A DNA stretch of 64,000 nucleotides from the human T2T-CHM13v2.0 reference genome, Homo sapiens. The stretch is taken from NCBI RefSeq assembly GCF_009914755.1, contig NC_060927.1; one strand, 5' to 3'. Below are positions 11,821-25,499 of this stretch, in pieces (the first letter of the stretch is position 1; each line of letters begins with the position of its first letter). Made by a program: the position numbers and the translations under genes. The notes under the pieces were generated by a model. The model ran no database searches and was not told the origin of the DNA. It saw nothing but the letters and a program-made list of their open reading frames with translations.

Positions 11821-12291
11821 ACTTCAACAAGTTCCTGGAACAACAAGTTCTTATTGTCCTTCAGAAGCAGACTTGCTGAATCAAAATTATTTAATGAAGA
11901 CTTTGCCCTTTCCTGGAGTAGAAAATGGAGTGGCCATTAAGGTTGGCATAGCATACCTTTGTTCCAGTGGTAACTCTGACCATTAGAAAATGACATTTCT
12001 TTGCTCAATACTACAGCCCATGGGCTCCAAGAGCAGGATGAAAACCTGGCTAATTAACACAACGTTTATTTTCTCTGTAGGTGTTTACACTGTACTGTGA
12101 TTGGAATGCTGCTTTCTCTTCTTGGGAGATATACTAAATGTAGTAAGGGAACTGGCAGATGTAGAAATCAGTATGGTGGGTGATGGTATAAGGAAATCTC
12201 AGTTTTATACCCTGCTCCATGAGGATATAAAACTTGTATCAAGCTCAGTGTTTTCCCAACCTAGCTATAAATTACATGTTCCTCATTTTGT

Positions 12292-12807
<516 letters not shown>

Positions 12808-13221
12808 TGTTATCAGTCAGGATTCTGCCCAGAAACAGAATAAGATAGGTATGTACATAGAAAGAGATTTATTTTAAGAAATTTGCTCTTGTGATTATAG
12901 AGGTTGGAATGTTCACAGTGGGCAAGGTATGCCAGCAGTCTGGAGACTTGGAAAGAGCTGATATTGCAGTTCAAGTTCAAAGGCCATCTGCTGCAGAATT
13001 TCCTCTTGCTTAAAGGAGGTGAGTCTTTTGTTCTATTCAGGGTTTTAAATGATTGGATGAGGCTCACCCACATTATGGAGGCCAGTGTATTTTACTCAAA
13101 GTAAGCTAATTTAAATGTTGATCTCATCCATAAACCCATCACAGAAACATCCTGTATAATCTTTGCCCAAATATCTGGGCGCCATGCTCAGACAAGTTGA
13201 CACATAAAATTAGCCATCACC
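12808..13221 (-). mobile_element. MLT2D-like ERVL LTR
   Basis: tcagtcaggattctgcccagaaacagaa...ccatctgctgcagaatttcctcttgct...gattggatgaggctcacccacattatggagg...caagttgacacataaaattagccatcac. Confidence 0.85.
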
Positions 13222-14878
13222 ATGTAGCAATATTTATACCAAAATAAAGAAAAAATACTAGTGATTCTTAACAATCTTTTTTTCTGCAACTGATCATGGG
13301 GTTGTAGTTGGTGTTTAAAACCATGTTTTCCCGATATTGATGACGCCAATCAAATAAAAGTCTTTGGGGTGAAGACAGAGAGTGCTGAATAATAGGTATT
13401 CTAAATTTTTTCTCCATGTTATTCCGGTGTATAACTAGGTTTGAGAACCACTACTTGAGAAAAGACATGGCAGAGCTATTAACTGCTGCCACTGACTTTC
13501 AATTCTACTTAGTTTTGGGGGATCATGGAAAAAATATTTAGAAATACTTCCCTGAAGTAGAAGGGGTGTTTTGTATTATTGCAGGAAATAGAGAGGGTAT
13601 GACATTTTGAATAGAGCTACTTGAAAACACAGATATTGAATAAAGATAGGGGGCAGGACACTTGAACCCAAAACTTGGAATAAAGGAGATGCCCACTGGG
13701 AGCCCCTCTCCTTGGGAACAGTCTTCTGAGACCCAAGAGATTGTTCAGATGGCAGAATACTTAAGAACCTCCCTCCTAGAAGCAGTCATTGTTTGAAATT
13801 ATTATTTCTTCAGTCAAAAATTCGCGTGTGCCTTCACAGTTACTGTAAATTCTGTCAGGGGATAGGGTACTAAGTTTAATCCAAACACATTCCAAATTCC
13901 AAGAAATCAGAGGTTCCAGGAAGTGTGTAGACTTTGCTTTGAAACTTTTTTTGATGATTGGGAGAATCAGAAGTCCTTGAGAAAGATCCATGAAGATAGG
14001 AGTGAGCTCATTTTTTTGAGAAAGAGAGAAAGGAGAAATAGAATAAAAGTAGTAATTCCAAGCCTCTCTATTACTCCAATCTGGGTTACAGATATTGTCT
14101 CTTGGAAGAGGGGGAGGAAAGGGCTCTATGAATACGTGTTACATACATTTCAAATTAGTTCAAAATGCTTTTGTCCATAAATATTAAAAAAATCAGACTT
14201 TAATTTTCAAATTAAGTCAAAAAGGCATATATCCCGTGCATTTTGTGAGGTTGGTTTAACTTTACACATTTCTTGATTTTTTAATAGAATTAACTTCATG
14301 CATTGAACACTATCACCATAATGAATCAAGCTGATGCACTGTTTTCAATGGGTTGATAATTCCAAAAGTACTTTCCATAGAATGGGCAAGCAAAGTACAT
14401 ATCTTTCCCTTCTTTCCCTCTATCTCTTTTTATTAAAAGAAATCTGAACCATATTTCATTCAAAAGTTGTATTATTTCCATAAGAGGTCTTTAGGGAAGA
14501 CATGCCTAGCAATTAAGATGCACTTAACTTACACCTATAGTTTTTCATATAAAAATCCCGTCAGTAAACATGCATGGCTTTCTTATCTTTATCATTCAAA
14601 AACTAAGTCTATACATATCCAAAGGCATCTTGAAATCACCCTTTTCCTTCAACACTCAAAAACACTTTTTATTGTTGGGTTTTGTCTTTAATTTGTAATT
14701 AACTAGGAAAGGGAAAATGCTCTATATGTGTTAAAGGTTTTCATGATGGGTTTTAACACCATCTATCAAATTAAATTTTGGAAGAAGTTATTTTTCTCCA
14801 TAATGATTTTCCATTGTGCTTAGTTATTTTAATTTATTTGGAAATAAATTTATTAAGCTGTCTTGAAAAAAACTGTGT

Positions 14879-14914
14879 TTATGTGTGTGTGTGTGTGTGT
14901 GTGTGTGTCTGTGT
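14879..14914. repeat. (TG)n microsatellite
   Basis: Direct inspection of the sequence. Confidence 0.92.
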
Positions 14915-15546
14915 CAAATCATTCTCTTGTTCAGGTATTCATGGGAGGGTTTTGTTCAGCAGCAATGAGATTATTAATAGCACCCTGTGATCCCTGTCCC
15001 ACAGCCATGGTAACCATCTGATGGTGCCACTCTTGGGCATGGGGGATTATTATGTGATTATAAAGCTCCAGTTGCTTCAATAAGAAAGACTAATTCTAGA
15101 CATCAGTTTATCACTCACCTGTCAGCCATTATGTGATGCTCACTTCAGTATTGCAATTTCTGATAGATGTAAATATCCTCTGGAAATCTTTATCTCTTTT
15201 CTTCATTCTTTGATAAAGGCTCTTCACATTTTTGCATTGGATTAATATGTCACCATTCTCATTAATATTTTAGTGTCCATTTTATTAAGTTTTCATAACT
15301 TTCATTTCAGTTCCAGTGTTATTGGAGTTGTTTGAGGAACTATAAAAGATAAATTTGATCTAGACAAAACAGAGTTTTAGTCCTTTTTCAATAAAATATG
15401 TATGTACTCTAAAAGCCCATATTGATAGCTTTTTATACTCCTCCACTTTAGGAAGTTAAGATTAACTGATACATTCCTTGTGTATGGTTCAATACATTAA
15501 AAAGCTTCTGAATTTAATTTATAGGCAAATTTGGAAGACAAAGCTT

Positions 15547-16721
15547 TTTACCCAGGGAATCTCTAAGATCATTACCTTACCAAGCAAAAATAATACCAAT
15601 TTAGGGTATCTGAGCATTTCAACTCTTCAAACAAATATACATTTTCCGTGTTTCCATGGTACTGACAATGCTATCATTTGTGATTAAGTCCTTTGATTAT
15701 TTCCTTTCTATGCCATGCATTTTCAAAGACGATTTATGATAGGTGAAGAGCAAATTAATAATCTTCTTAGAGATCATATGTTTCATAAGATACTGTACCC
15801 TGATAACTCGAGACATGCTAGGTTGACGGTAATCTTTAACGCTCAAAAAGAAAAACAGGATTGAAAGGAGAAGACCGACCATTTTGCATTCAAAGTTTTT
15901 TGTCATGAAAATATTGCCAAAACTTGGCCTTTTCCTTGGTGGTATTTTATCCTTAATGGCTTGTAAAAATACCTTCTTATAAACAATGCAGCTGACTTCA
16001 TAGTTTTCCAGGTTCAGCGTAAACATAGTCTGTTGGGGAAAGATGGCTTGGCAATCTTGGAAATGCAAATGGTGACAGCAGGATAACGCTGCCAATTTTC
16101 TGGTGGATGCAGAATAAATGTGAGCATTAAAAAGATAAGATTTAAGCCAAACACATTAGTTCTGGGCCAACTTTCTCTAAGTTGTTACAATGCATACAAA
16201 TTTTTCTGTTTAAGGCACATTTTGTTTTGTACATTGCCATGTTGTTTTAATCCCAGAACACAGTGCACACTCTTGGCAGACTCACATTCACCTTGATGTG
16301 ATCTACAGAATTGCATGCTTGTCTATGTTTGAAAAGAAACTCTATTTTTAGCCGTTTTCAAAGATACTGATGTGTTCTACGCAGTAGTTAGTATCCGAGG
16401 GTATTATTGCGGTAACTTAGGCTAAGGTAATAATAATAAATTATTATCTCTAGGAGACTAAACCAAGAAGAAAGGATAAATTGAAGGGAAGAACAGCACA
16501 TAAGAGATGCATGGGCTATAGAAATTGTGATTCTAAAACATAAGGTGGGGAAGGGCATAGTAAAGAGGTGATCCTGTAATAAGAATGCAGAGAGAGTCAT
16601 CAGGAAACAGACTGGAAATACAGTTCTATAATCTGGAAAGCAAAATACTATCTTTACCATGGGAACCTCCAAGAGCATCACCTTACCAAACAAGCAAAAT
16701 AACATCAATTTAGGGCATCTG
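15547..16721. repeat. Diverged ~66-69 bp direct repeat pair (15547-15612 and 16653-16721)
   Basis: tttacccagggaatctctaagatcattaccttacc----aagcaaaaataataccaatttagggtatctg versus tttaccatgggaacctccaagagcatcaccttaccaaacaagc-aaaataacatcaatttagggcatctg; about 9 substitutions and 2 indels by manual alignment. Confidence 0.85.
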
Positions 16722-17029
16722 GTAGTTTGAGATCATTAAAATAAAACCCTACCATTTTTCTTTTTTCATTTCAATATGGAAGTAAAATTGTACAACTCTT
16801 GTAACCCTTCATTGCCGTGACATCTTGGTAATTAACACAATTCGGGAGTGTGGTGAGAGGTCCTTGGGGCAGGGAAAGCAGGCATTCATTCTAGTGAATT
16901 GACAAGTCAATCAATAATGCAAGAATTCAGATTTTTCATGTAGTATTCTGCCTTATCAGTATGATTTAGGAGGAAACTGTTAATTCTTGTTACCTTTTTT
17001 GATTTTGTGAATCAGAACATCACCAGGTA

Positions 17030-17462
17030 CTACAGGTTGAGTTCCCTGGTAAACATTCTTTGATGGAGGTTAGCTGTGGAAAGGTTATTCTGGAGGCTCT
17101 TGGGATGAAAACCTGGAAGGTTGCAGGATTAGGCAAAGGAAGAAGTGAAATCTGAAGTTTTAACAGGAGCCTCAGCCAAACCATAGGGTGTTCTGAAGCT
17201 AAGGTAAGCCTTCAGAGTTTACTTGAATTGACGTCAGAGGGCCCAGACTTTATGCCTTCCCCTCAATCACTTATTGGATGCAGGCTGTCCTGGGAAGGAG
17301 GGCAAAACGCGAACAAGGTGAATCTTCTCAGCTGAGGAAATCCCATAGCGACTGTCCCCTGAAGGCTGTTGTTGGTAGCACTCTCAGCAGGCAGGATGTG
17401 ATGGGGAGTTAAATCATTTATTCCTAAAGAGGATTCTGCATGGCACATCAAATCATCTGCCA
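17030..17462 (-). mobile_element. LTR16C-like ERVL solo LTR
   Basis: gcaggattaggcaaaggaagaagtgaa...gcctcagccaaaccataggg...ccttcagagtt...ttattggatgcaggctg...ctgaggaaatccc...gcactctcagcag. Confidence 0.75.
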
Positions 17463-17619
17463 AATCCAGAAAATAAAAAGTTATTAAGAAATAAGTTCAT
17501 GAAAGAGTGAATTTATCACACAAGTTCTCTTACAATAATTTCAATCTTATTTAAATATGTAAAATACCTTATTTAATATTGCTTTAGCTTGAAATGATGT
17601 TAGGAGGCAATAACAGTAT

Positions 17620-17765
17620 GAATTTGACTGCAAGTAACAAAGCACCCAACTCGAACTGACTCAAACATTAAGGAAATATGTTGACTTCACATAACTGGAA
17701 ATGTAGAGTGGGGTTCAGAACTAATTTAGCTTAATGGCCCCATTCCATTTCTCTGTGCTTCCCTT
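17620..17765 (-). mobile_element. Old MLT1 (J/K-like) LTR fragment
   Basis: ttgactgcaagtaacaaagcacccaactcgaactgactcaaacattaaggaaatatgttgacttcacataactggaa. Confidence 0.55.
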
Positions 17766-17836
17766 AGCTTGATCCTTTGTGATGAGGCAGTTGTTTACGA
17801 ATCTCCATAGCAGTCTTGGCCTCAAATCTACCATAA

Positions 17837-18252
<416 letters not shown>

Positions 18253-18879
18253 AGTTTTTCTTTTAAACTAAAATTTATTTAAGTAAACATATTAGTTTTA
18301 TAACTAGGTAAGTTCAGTTTTTAGTACACTGTTATGAATTGTAAGCTTCAAATGTCTCCAAATGTGAGACAGCCATGTAAAACTCATCACTGTTCATATT
18401 GCTGTATCAGGAATTTGTTAAATGTTAACAAATGGCATACTTACACTCTCTAGAAACAGAAGACAAGGAAACAATTTACTCATAAAATTCACTTCTAAAT
18501 AAACTATACTTATAGAAAACTATCTTATGAATTACAATTCTGGTTGCACTTCCATTTGAACAATTGTATAGTCGCTTAACTCTAGCAGCAAAACCAAATG
18601 AGAAAATTCATGCTTTAGAATAGAGACAAAAATCTGTGGATATAGGGAAGAGGCCTTTTATAGCAAGAACAAAAATGCTATATATAAACCAGATAGAAAT
18701 CAAATAAAATGCAAATAATTTACAAATACGATTTAAATTTGTGTGCTGTAGATTTATTTTTAAAACTATTCTGATGTATAATACTATGTTGCTTCCATTT
18801 CAGCTGTTATATACTTAAATAACAGCAATAACACCATAACAGAAAAAGTTCAAAATTATTTTAGAAGACAAAAAGAATT

Positions 18880-19269
18880 TGTATTAGTCCATTCTCACAT
18901 TGCTATAAGAAACTACCTGAGACTGGGTAATTTATGAAGAAAAGAGGTTTAATTGGCTCACGATTCTTCAGGCTGTACAGGAAACTTGGCTGGGGAGGCC
19001 TCATGAAACTTACAATCATGGCATAAGGGAAAGAGGAAGCAGACACATATTCACATGGTGGAGCAGGAGAGGAAGAGAGAGTGTGTGTAGGGGGAAGTGC
19101 TACACACTTTTAAACAACCAGAACTCATTGAGTTCACTCACTATAACGAGATCAGCAAGGGAGAATCTATCGCCACGACCCAATCATGGCCCACCAGGCC
19201 CTTCCTCCAACATTGAGGATTACATTTCGACATGAAATTTGGGTGGGGACACAGAACCAAAACATATAC
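18880..19269 (-). mobile_element. MSTA-like MaLR solo LTR
   Basis: tgtattagtccattctcacattgctataagaaactacctgagactgggtaatt...atttgggtggggacacagaaccaaaacatat. 5-bp TSD GAATT at 18875-18879 and 19270-19274. Confidence 0.92.
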
Positions 19270-20199
19270 GAATTCTTGCTGTGTTTGTATATTTTTTATA
19301 CAACATATTGTATATTTTACATTATACAACATGTTGTATATTTTGTTAACAACATAAATATTGTAAATACACAAATTGTACATGGAATTAAATGAAAGTA
19401 ATTAAACCATAGCTTCACAATGAAACAATCCACAGTTACAAAAATCATCTTACGAATTATAATTTTGTCAGTCTTCCATTTGAGTAAATGGTACTTTAAA
19501 AAAAGCAATAGAGTGAAATGAAAAGAGAAAAAATCAAACTAACTTTAGTACAGAAGCAAAAAAAAAGCATGTCGGTATGGTTTTGGGAGTAAGCTCATTA
19601 GAAGGAGGGATAAACAGGGAAAGTGACTCATGTCTGTTGCAGATTGTGTGACTACAAAACCAAATGCAGCCCTTTGTATTTGCTCTGTAGCAATATTTCT
19701 TGTTGTCAGTGAGGAAGTGATAGGCTAGGGAAGTCCCTTGTAGAGGATTCCAGGGAAGGTTTGTCCTTGCCATCTAGAAGAGGGAAGACAGGAGTCCTCT
19801 TGTCAGGGACCCCTCTGTAACATACAACGTCTGACACCAGAATATGTAAAGAACCAAAGCCTGGGCAGTGACTCCCCATTATTATGGGATAACTGAGTTA
19901 AAAGGAGACCCCAAGGGTTTTCCAGTGCCAGGAGCATCAGGACAAGCTCTGTTTCATGCAGGACTCACTACATCAGGATGGAGTTGTCCTAATGGCAGGG
20001 TCATCTCCCAGGGTCATAACGCCATTGGGTAGCATCCGTGTGTTGGACACCAAACCCTGGATCCCCACACAGCCTGATTTCACTTCTTCCTCAAGAATCT
20101 GTGCATCTGGAGGTTACCTCGTGATCTTCTCAAGCTTCTGCCGAATGTCACACTTTGAACATCTAGGACATAACTGAGTCATAAGAATACACTTTGAAC

Positions 20200-21850
20200 C
20201 ATTCATATTTAAATTTTTCCTCAATTAATACTTGTCTTCAGTTTGCTTTTTTTAAAAAAATTATCAAAGATTCTTGCAGCACTCTCAACCTTTTACTGTG
20301 AGCTTTTCTTTCATAGGAAACAAGCCGACATTGATAATTGCCAGTGATTATTTTCAATTTTTTAGAAAAGTATTGACTTATATTTTATAAGTATTCAACT
20401 CTTCAGATGTGTGGCTAATAAACTGCTTTGGAGATTTTCTGTTTTTCTGGAAAATTTCCTCTAAATTAAATATTTGGTGAAAATTTATTTTCTTTTCTTA
20501 ATGTGGTTCAGACTGGGCATTTTTCCTGGTACTTTTCTTCTCATTTTCTAATTTTTTTTTTCTGAGTGTAGAAAAGTTTTCTTACTTTGGAAACTTTACT
20601 ATGACCTCAGAGTGCACCACTTATGTTATCTTTCAGCTGATTTGGTGTATATTTGGTTTAACTTTAAGAGTTTTTAAGCAAGTATATTTGTTTCCTGTTG
20701 CTGGTATAAGGAATTACCACGGTTTCTTAGTTTAGTAGGTTAAAACAACTCAAATTTATTATCTTGACATTTTAAATATAAGAAGTCTGAAATCAGTTTC
20801 ATTAGGCTAAAATAAACATAGCAGGGCTACATTCCCGCTGGAGGCCCTAGGGGAGAATTCATTTCTTGTTTTTTTGTGTGTGTTTTTTTCTCAGCTTTTA
20901 GAGGCTGCCTACATTTCTTAGCTTGTGACCACATCACTAACTTCTGCTTCTGTGATCACATTTTCTTCTGATTCTGACCTTCCTGCCTTGCTCTTATAAA
21001 AGCCCTTGTGATTACTTTAGGCTCATCCAAAATGATCCAAGATAATCTCTCTATCTGAAGATCCTTAACTTAATCACATCTGTAAAGTCCCCTTTTCTGT
21101 GTAAGGTAAGGTAGTCACAGGTTCTGGGATCAGGATCTTTGAGGAAATGTTAATATTCGGTAACTATTTTACTCAGTCTAATCAGTTTCTTCAAAACATC
21201 TTCTAACAGGTGTCTACATTCTGATGCATTTGTTGTATTGGATTCCATGTTCCAAATCATTATGTCTTCTTCGAAAACAGCATGTGTTCACTCAGAGACT
21301 TAATCTGGCTTTGTCTTTTAGAACTTGTTCTGTACAACTTTAAGTTCACTCATTGTTATTTTCCATCCTTCTGCTTCTTGTGAAAGCAGTGTTATCTTTC
21401 TCTGAGGATGAGAATTTTCATCATAAGTGTATTTTAGTGCTGTATGAAGTTGTTCTTTATTCTTATGATGTAGTTCGATGTAGTTTGCTTTAGTTGCAGC
21501 TTTTTTTGAAATTGGAAGTGTTTAGATGCATCTTTTGATGAATGTACGCTCTTTGTTACATCTACCATCAACACAACTTGTTCTAATACTTTAGATTTTT
21601 CTTACCTCAGTTCTTTTTCTAAAAGTCTATATTTTAAGTTGAGGTAAAGAACTTTCCAGGACTTTATCTATTGCTTCCAGTTTTGTTGTTGTTGTTGTTG
21701 TTTTGTTTATTTTTTATGTCTGATAATGTGTTCTCAAGTTTGGCTTCCAGTAATATTGGGACATTGATTCAAGGCCTCCAAATAATTTTTTATGCATCTA
21801 AGCATTTATTTTTGTCAGAAGGGCAAAAATTCCAGTAATCAGTTTTCTGT
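20200..21850 (-). mobile_element. Highly decayed L1M/HAL1-like sequence (T-rich on the + strand), interrupted by MLT1D
   Basis: Strong T skew and faint antisense L1 ORF1-like phrases. Family not resolved. Confidence 0.3.
20682..21160 (-). mobile_element. MLT1D-like MaLR LTR
   Basis: ttaaaacaactcaaatttattatc...ctggaggccctaggggagaattc...ttagaggctgcctacattt...gataatctctctatctgaagatccttaacttaatcacatctgtaaagtcccctttt. Confidence 0.85.
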
Positions 21851-23380
21851 TCCTAACAGTTGAGTTTAAAAAGTAGAATTCTAAAAATTAAACATTCTAT
21901 ATCCTTCTATATGTAAAAACCACCACCATTTTCCACAACAATCCATAGGGATCTGGGCCTGGTCTAAGGTTCCCTATTCTGCCTGGCTCAGTGTCTCCAG
22001 GAGCAGAGTAACACAGAACATCACAGCCATTGGCCCCAGAAGCCTTGGGTGGGCTTCATCAGGTATCCATGACCCTCTGACCACAGAGAACTCAGTAGGC
22101 ATTACCCCCTGACCCACACCAGTGCCTAACAATCAGAGAAGACCTTACAGAGTTGGGGTAGAGAGGGAACTAGTATCGTAGAAGAGACGCTCCCAAACTT
22201 ACTCACATGGTAACAAACAGACGGGGTTGATACAGCATGTCCCCAGAGTGCTTACAAGCTGAAGATCATGGCCTGGGTCTCTGGCCAACACAGTCCTGCT
22301 TGCTGCCCCATGGACTCAGGGCTTCAATGTGTTGTTGCATTTGTAATCAATTTAGGCATCACTGGGGTTGGGAAGCTCCATGGTCAAGTAATTGAAGGCC
22401 CCTAACCCTGTTCAGTGCTCCATCTTCTCTTGAATATATTTTTCATTCTTTGGCCCAGGGTCTCATCCTACTAACAAAGCTCCAGAAAACATGCAGCTCA
22501 GTGCCTCTCCTGGTTTGTTTTTGGTCTCCTAAATGTACATGTGGGGTGGAAGGTGCAGGATGGGTGGGACCCCACAACACGTTTCAAACGTGGTGTGCTG
22601 AAGGAAGCTTGTGCTGGCTGGTGAGAGCCAACTGTTTATATCTCTTCCTAAATCCATGCTAGGCCTCCTATGACCTGAAGTCCTTCACAATGGGAGTATT
22701 CCACCACAGAACTTGGCAAGTATTGCAAATCAAGGCTTTTTTTTTTTTTTTTTTTTTTTTTTTTCTGGCTAGCCAGTTGGTAACCATTCACAAGCACATC
22801 ACTGCCTCAGGACTTCTAAATCTCAGCTGTGTTCTTCATCTGTCCCCAAGTTTGTGGTGTTCTCTCTCATGCCTTTGCTCACTACAGTACTACAGTCATC
22901 ACCATGCTAACATAAAGCAGGCCCACAGATGTTTTTCTCTTGGCTTCTTCTCATTCCTCCTGTAGGGAACATGGTGGAAGTTCTGACTGACCTCCGCACA
23001 GTCTTAAGTGATCTCCATAGAACTTGGCCTGGTCCGCTCTGTACCTAACACACATCACATTCATTTCTATCTAGCTGAAGTTTTCCCCAAAGCTGTATGT
23101 CCTCAACCACTTCCATAAATCTGTATCCTCTCAGAGTTCAAAAGAGAAAACAGAACGAAAGCATTCTTGCTTATTTTATTTTTCTTGAGTTTCTATTTCT
23201 TTTTCTCTCTCATTCCTGCATTTAATCTGGGTGGTGAGGAGACTAATGTTACTCTCCCCTGCCCCGCACATACCCTTAACCTGTCTGGCCACTTGCCTTT
23301 TCCTTTGGTCTATATTTCTTTCCATAGGCTCTCTCTTCTAAACCAAAGGCAAGAGTGCTCTTCAGCTTCCTGTTATTAGA

Positions 23381-23596
23381 ATTAGTATATGCGTAACATA
23401 GAATATATAGCATATAGTAGGACTTTTTAAAATTTGGAGAAATACATATCATGGTTTTAAGAAAGTGAGCTTTGAGACTAAGAGATCACGCAAACTAAGA
23501 GCTAAAATAGTATATGCCTAACAGAATGTGTAGCATACAGTAGGACTTTTCAAAATTTGGAAAAATATATACCATGGTTTTAAGAAAGTGAGCTTT
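23381..23596. repeat. Local duplication of ~90 bp (23381-23473 and 23506-23596) with a ~32-bp spacer
   Basis: tagtatatgc(g/c)taaca..gaat(a/g)t(a/g)tagcata(t/c)agtaggacttttYaaaatttgga(g/a)aaataYataYcatggttttaagaaagtgagcttt occurs twice. Confidence 0.92.
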
Positions 23597-24599
23597 CTTA
23601 GAGCTGATCAATAACTTTCTTAAGGCATCATTTTCCCTCTTCCTTCCTGAGGTAAAAAATGTCATGGTTTAGCCTTAATAGTAGGGCTGAAATAAAATAT
23701 AGGGTAGAGAGGAATTAAAAATCATATAAGTTTAATATTTGAAAATGTTATCACTGATGTGATTGTATTCTTTCTATTGAGGAAAAAGGCAGATAAAACA
23801 TTCTACTTCAAAATATCAGAAATGTATATGAATTTTGTATATTTTGAGGTATTTATTTTTATATGCCCATAGTTCCTAAACTTTTAAATTTAGAAGTATA
23901 AAATGTGTGTTGAATGTCCAAGAAATGTAAAATAGTTAAATAATGAAAACATAGATTAATAGTATGCATTTACCAAGGTAACTTTGAGTGTTGTGGAAAT
24001 GTGTTGCAGAAAATATTTTATCCACTAACATAACCAGGAAATATTGTAAATAATATTCACCATGACTTTATTTTCAGTATTGTAATTAATAAAATGTGGC
24101 TAAATAAATCTCTAAATACACCTAAAATATTTTCTTCAATTAATTAAAAATATGCATGAAAGAAAAACCAAGAGTAAACTAGTTGTAATGCATTGATTAG
24201 TCGTATTCCGATTCTTGCATTTGAAATAGCCATAGTTCTCTTCAACACTACCTCAACAATGCCCACTGAAATTTCATAATACTTTCTCATTTCAATTCAA
24301 GTTCTGCAATACTCTAAAAATTATATTTCCAAATCATCGTTCTGATTATGCTATCATGCCTTTGCAATTAGTGTGATATTCTGTCTCTTTATAATCACTC
24401 CAATCCCATCTATCTCATTTTCATCTATTCTCACTCTCATCTATGCATCCTCTTATCCAGACTCATTGAACTAGTTCTTACAGCTGATAGGTGTGAGCTT
24501 TTTAGTAGCTTACTTGAGCTGTACCAAATGTTGCAAAGATCACTAAGATAAATTTCAGACAGAAACAACTAAGCTTAGATTTGTGCAGTGTGTCTTCCT

Positions 24600-24985
24600 A
24601 CAGTGAATTAGTCTAGAGGGAGAAAACTGATCCAAGATGAGCCAATTAGGTGTTTTCTTCTAGAATTTTCAATTGAGATGAAGAGAGCCTAACTCATCTA
24701 GTTTTCCAGAATGTAGGAAGTACACATCTGAAAACTACAGAATATGCATCTTGCCTGTGTTCTGAGAGTTTGAAAGGGTTGGTCTTCAGAAAGAGAAAGT
24801 ATACCAAAAGCGTTAGAGACAAGGGACCATTAAAGCCTCAGAGTTTATCAGTCCTTGATCCCAGTGCTCCTGTGCTTCTGCTCTTAACTTTTGTGGACAC
24901 ACTCCTAAATTCTCAAAATAAATCCTTGTTTTGAAGCTAATTTAGATACTTTCTGTGGCTTGCAACCCTAAAATATTCACAAGTA
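24600..24985 (+). mobile_element. Ancient ERVL/MaLR LTR (MLT1K/LTR33-like)
   Basis: tgatccaagatgagccaattagg...aataaatccttgttttgaagctaattt...tttctgtggcttgcaacc. Confidence 0.45.
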
Positions 24986-25005
24986 CATGCCCTGATCAAG
25001 AGTCA

Positions 25006-25375
<370 letters not shown>

Positions 25376-25499
25376 TCACTAATATCTTTTGATTAAATTA
25401 TGCAATGATTATTTCCAAGACGTATCATGACTTTCTTCATTTTCAGATCATCTTGTCCAGTCCTTACCACTGTATTGATATGTGTTATTTGCTGTTTTC

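Noticed and set aside
15697-16095. 132-aa - strand ORF as a novel protein or endogenous viral gene
   Set aside because: Starts at TTG, has no recognisable domain or coding-like composition, and no convincing splice context. A regulatory explanation for the region fits better. PhyloCSF or tBLASTn would settle it.
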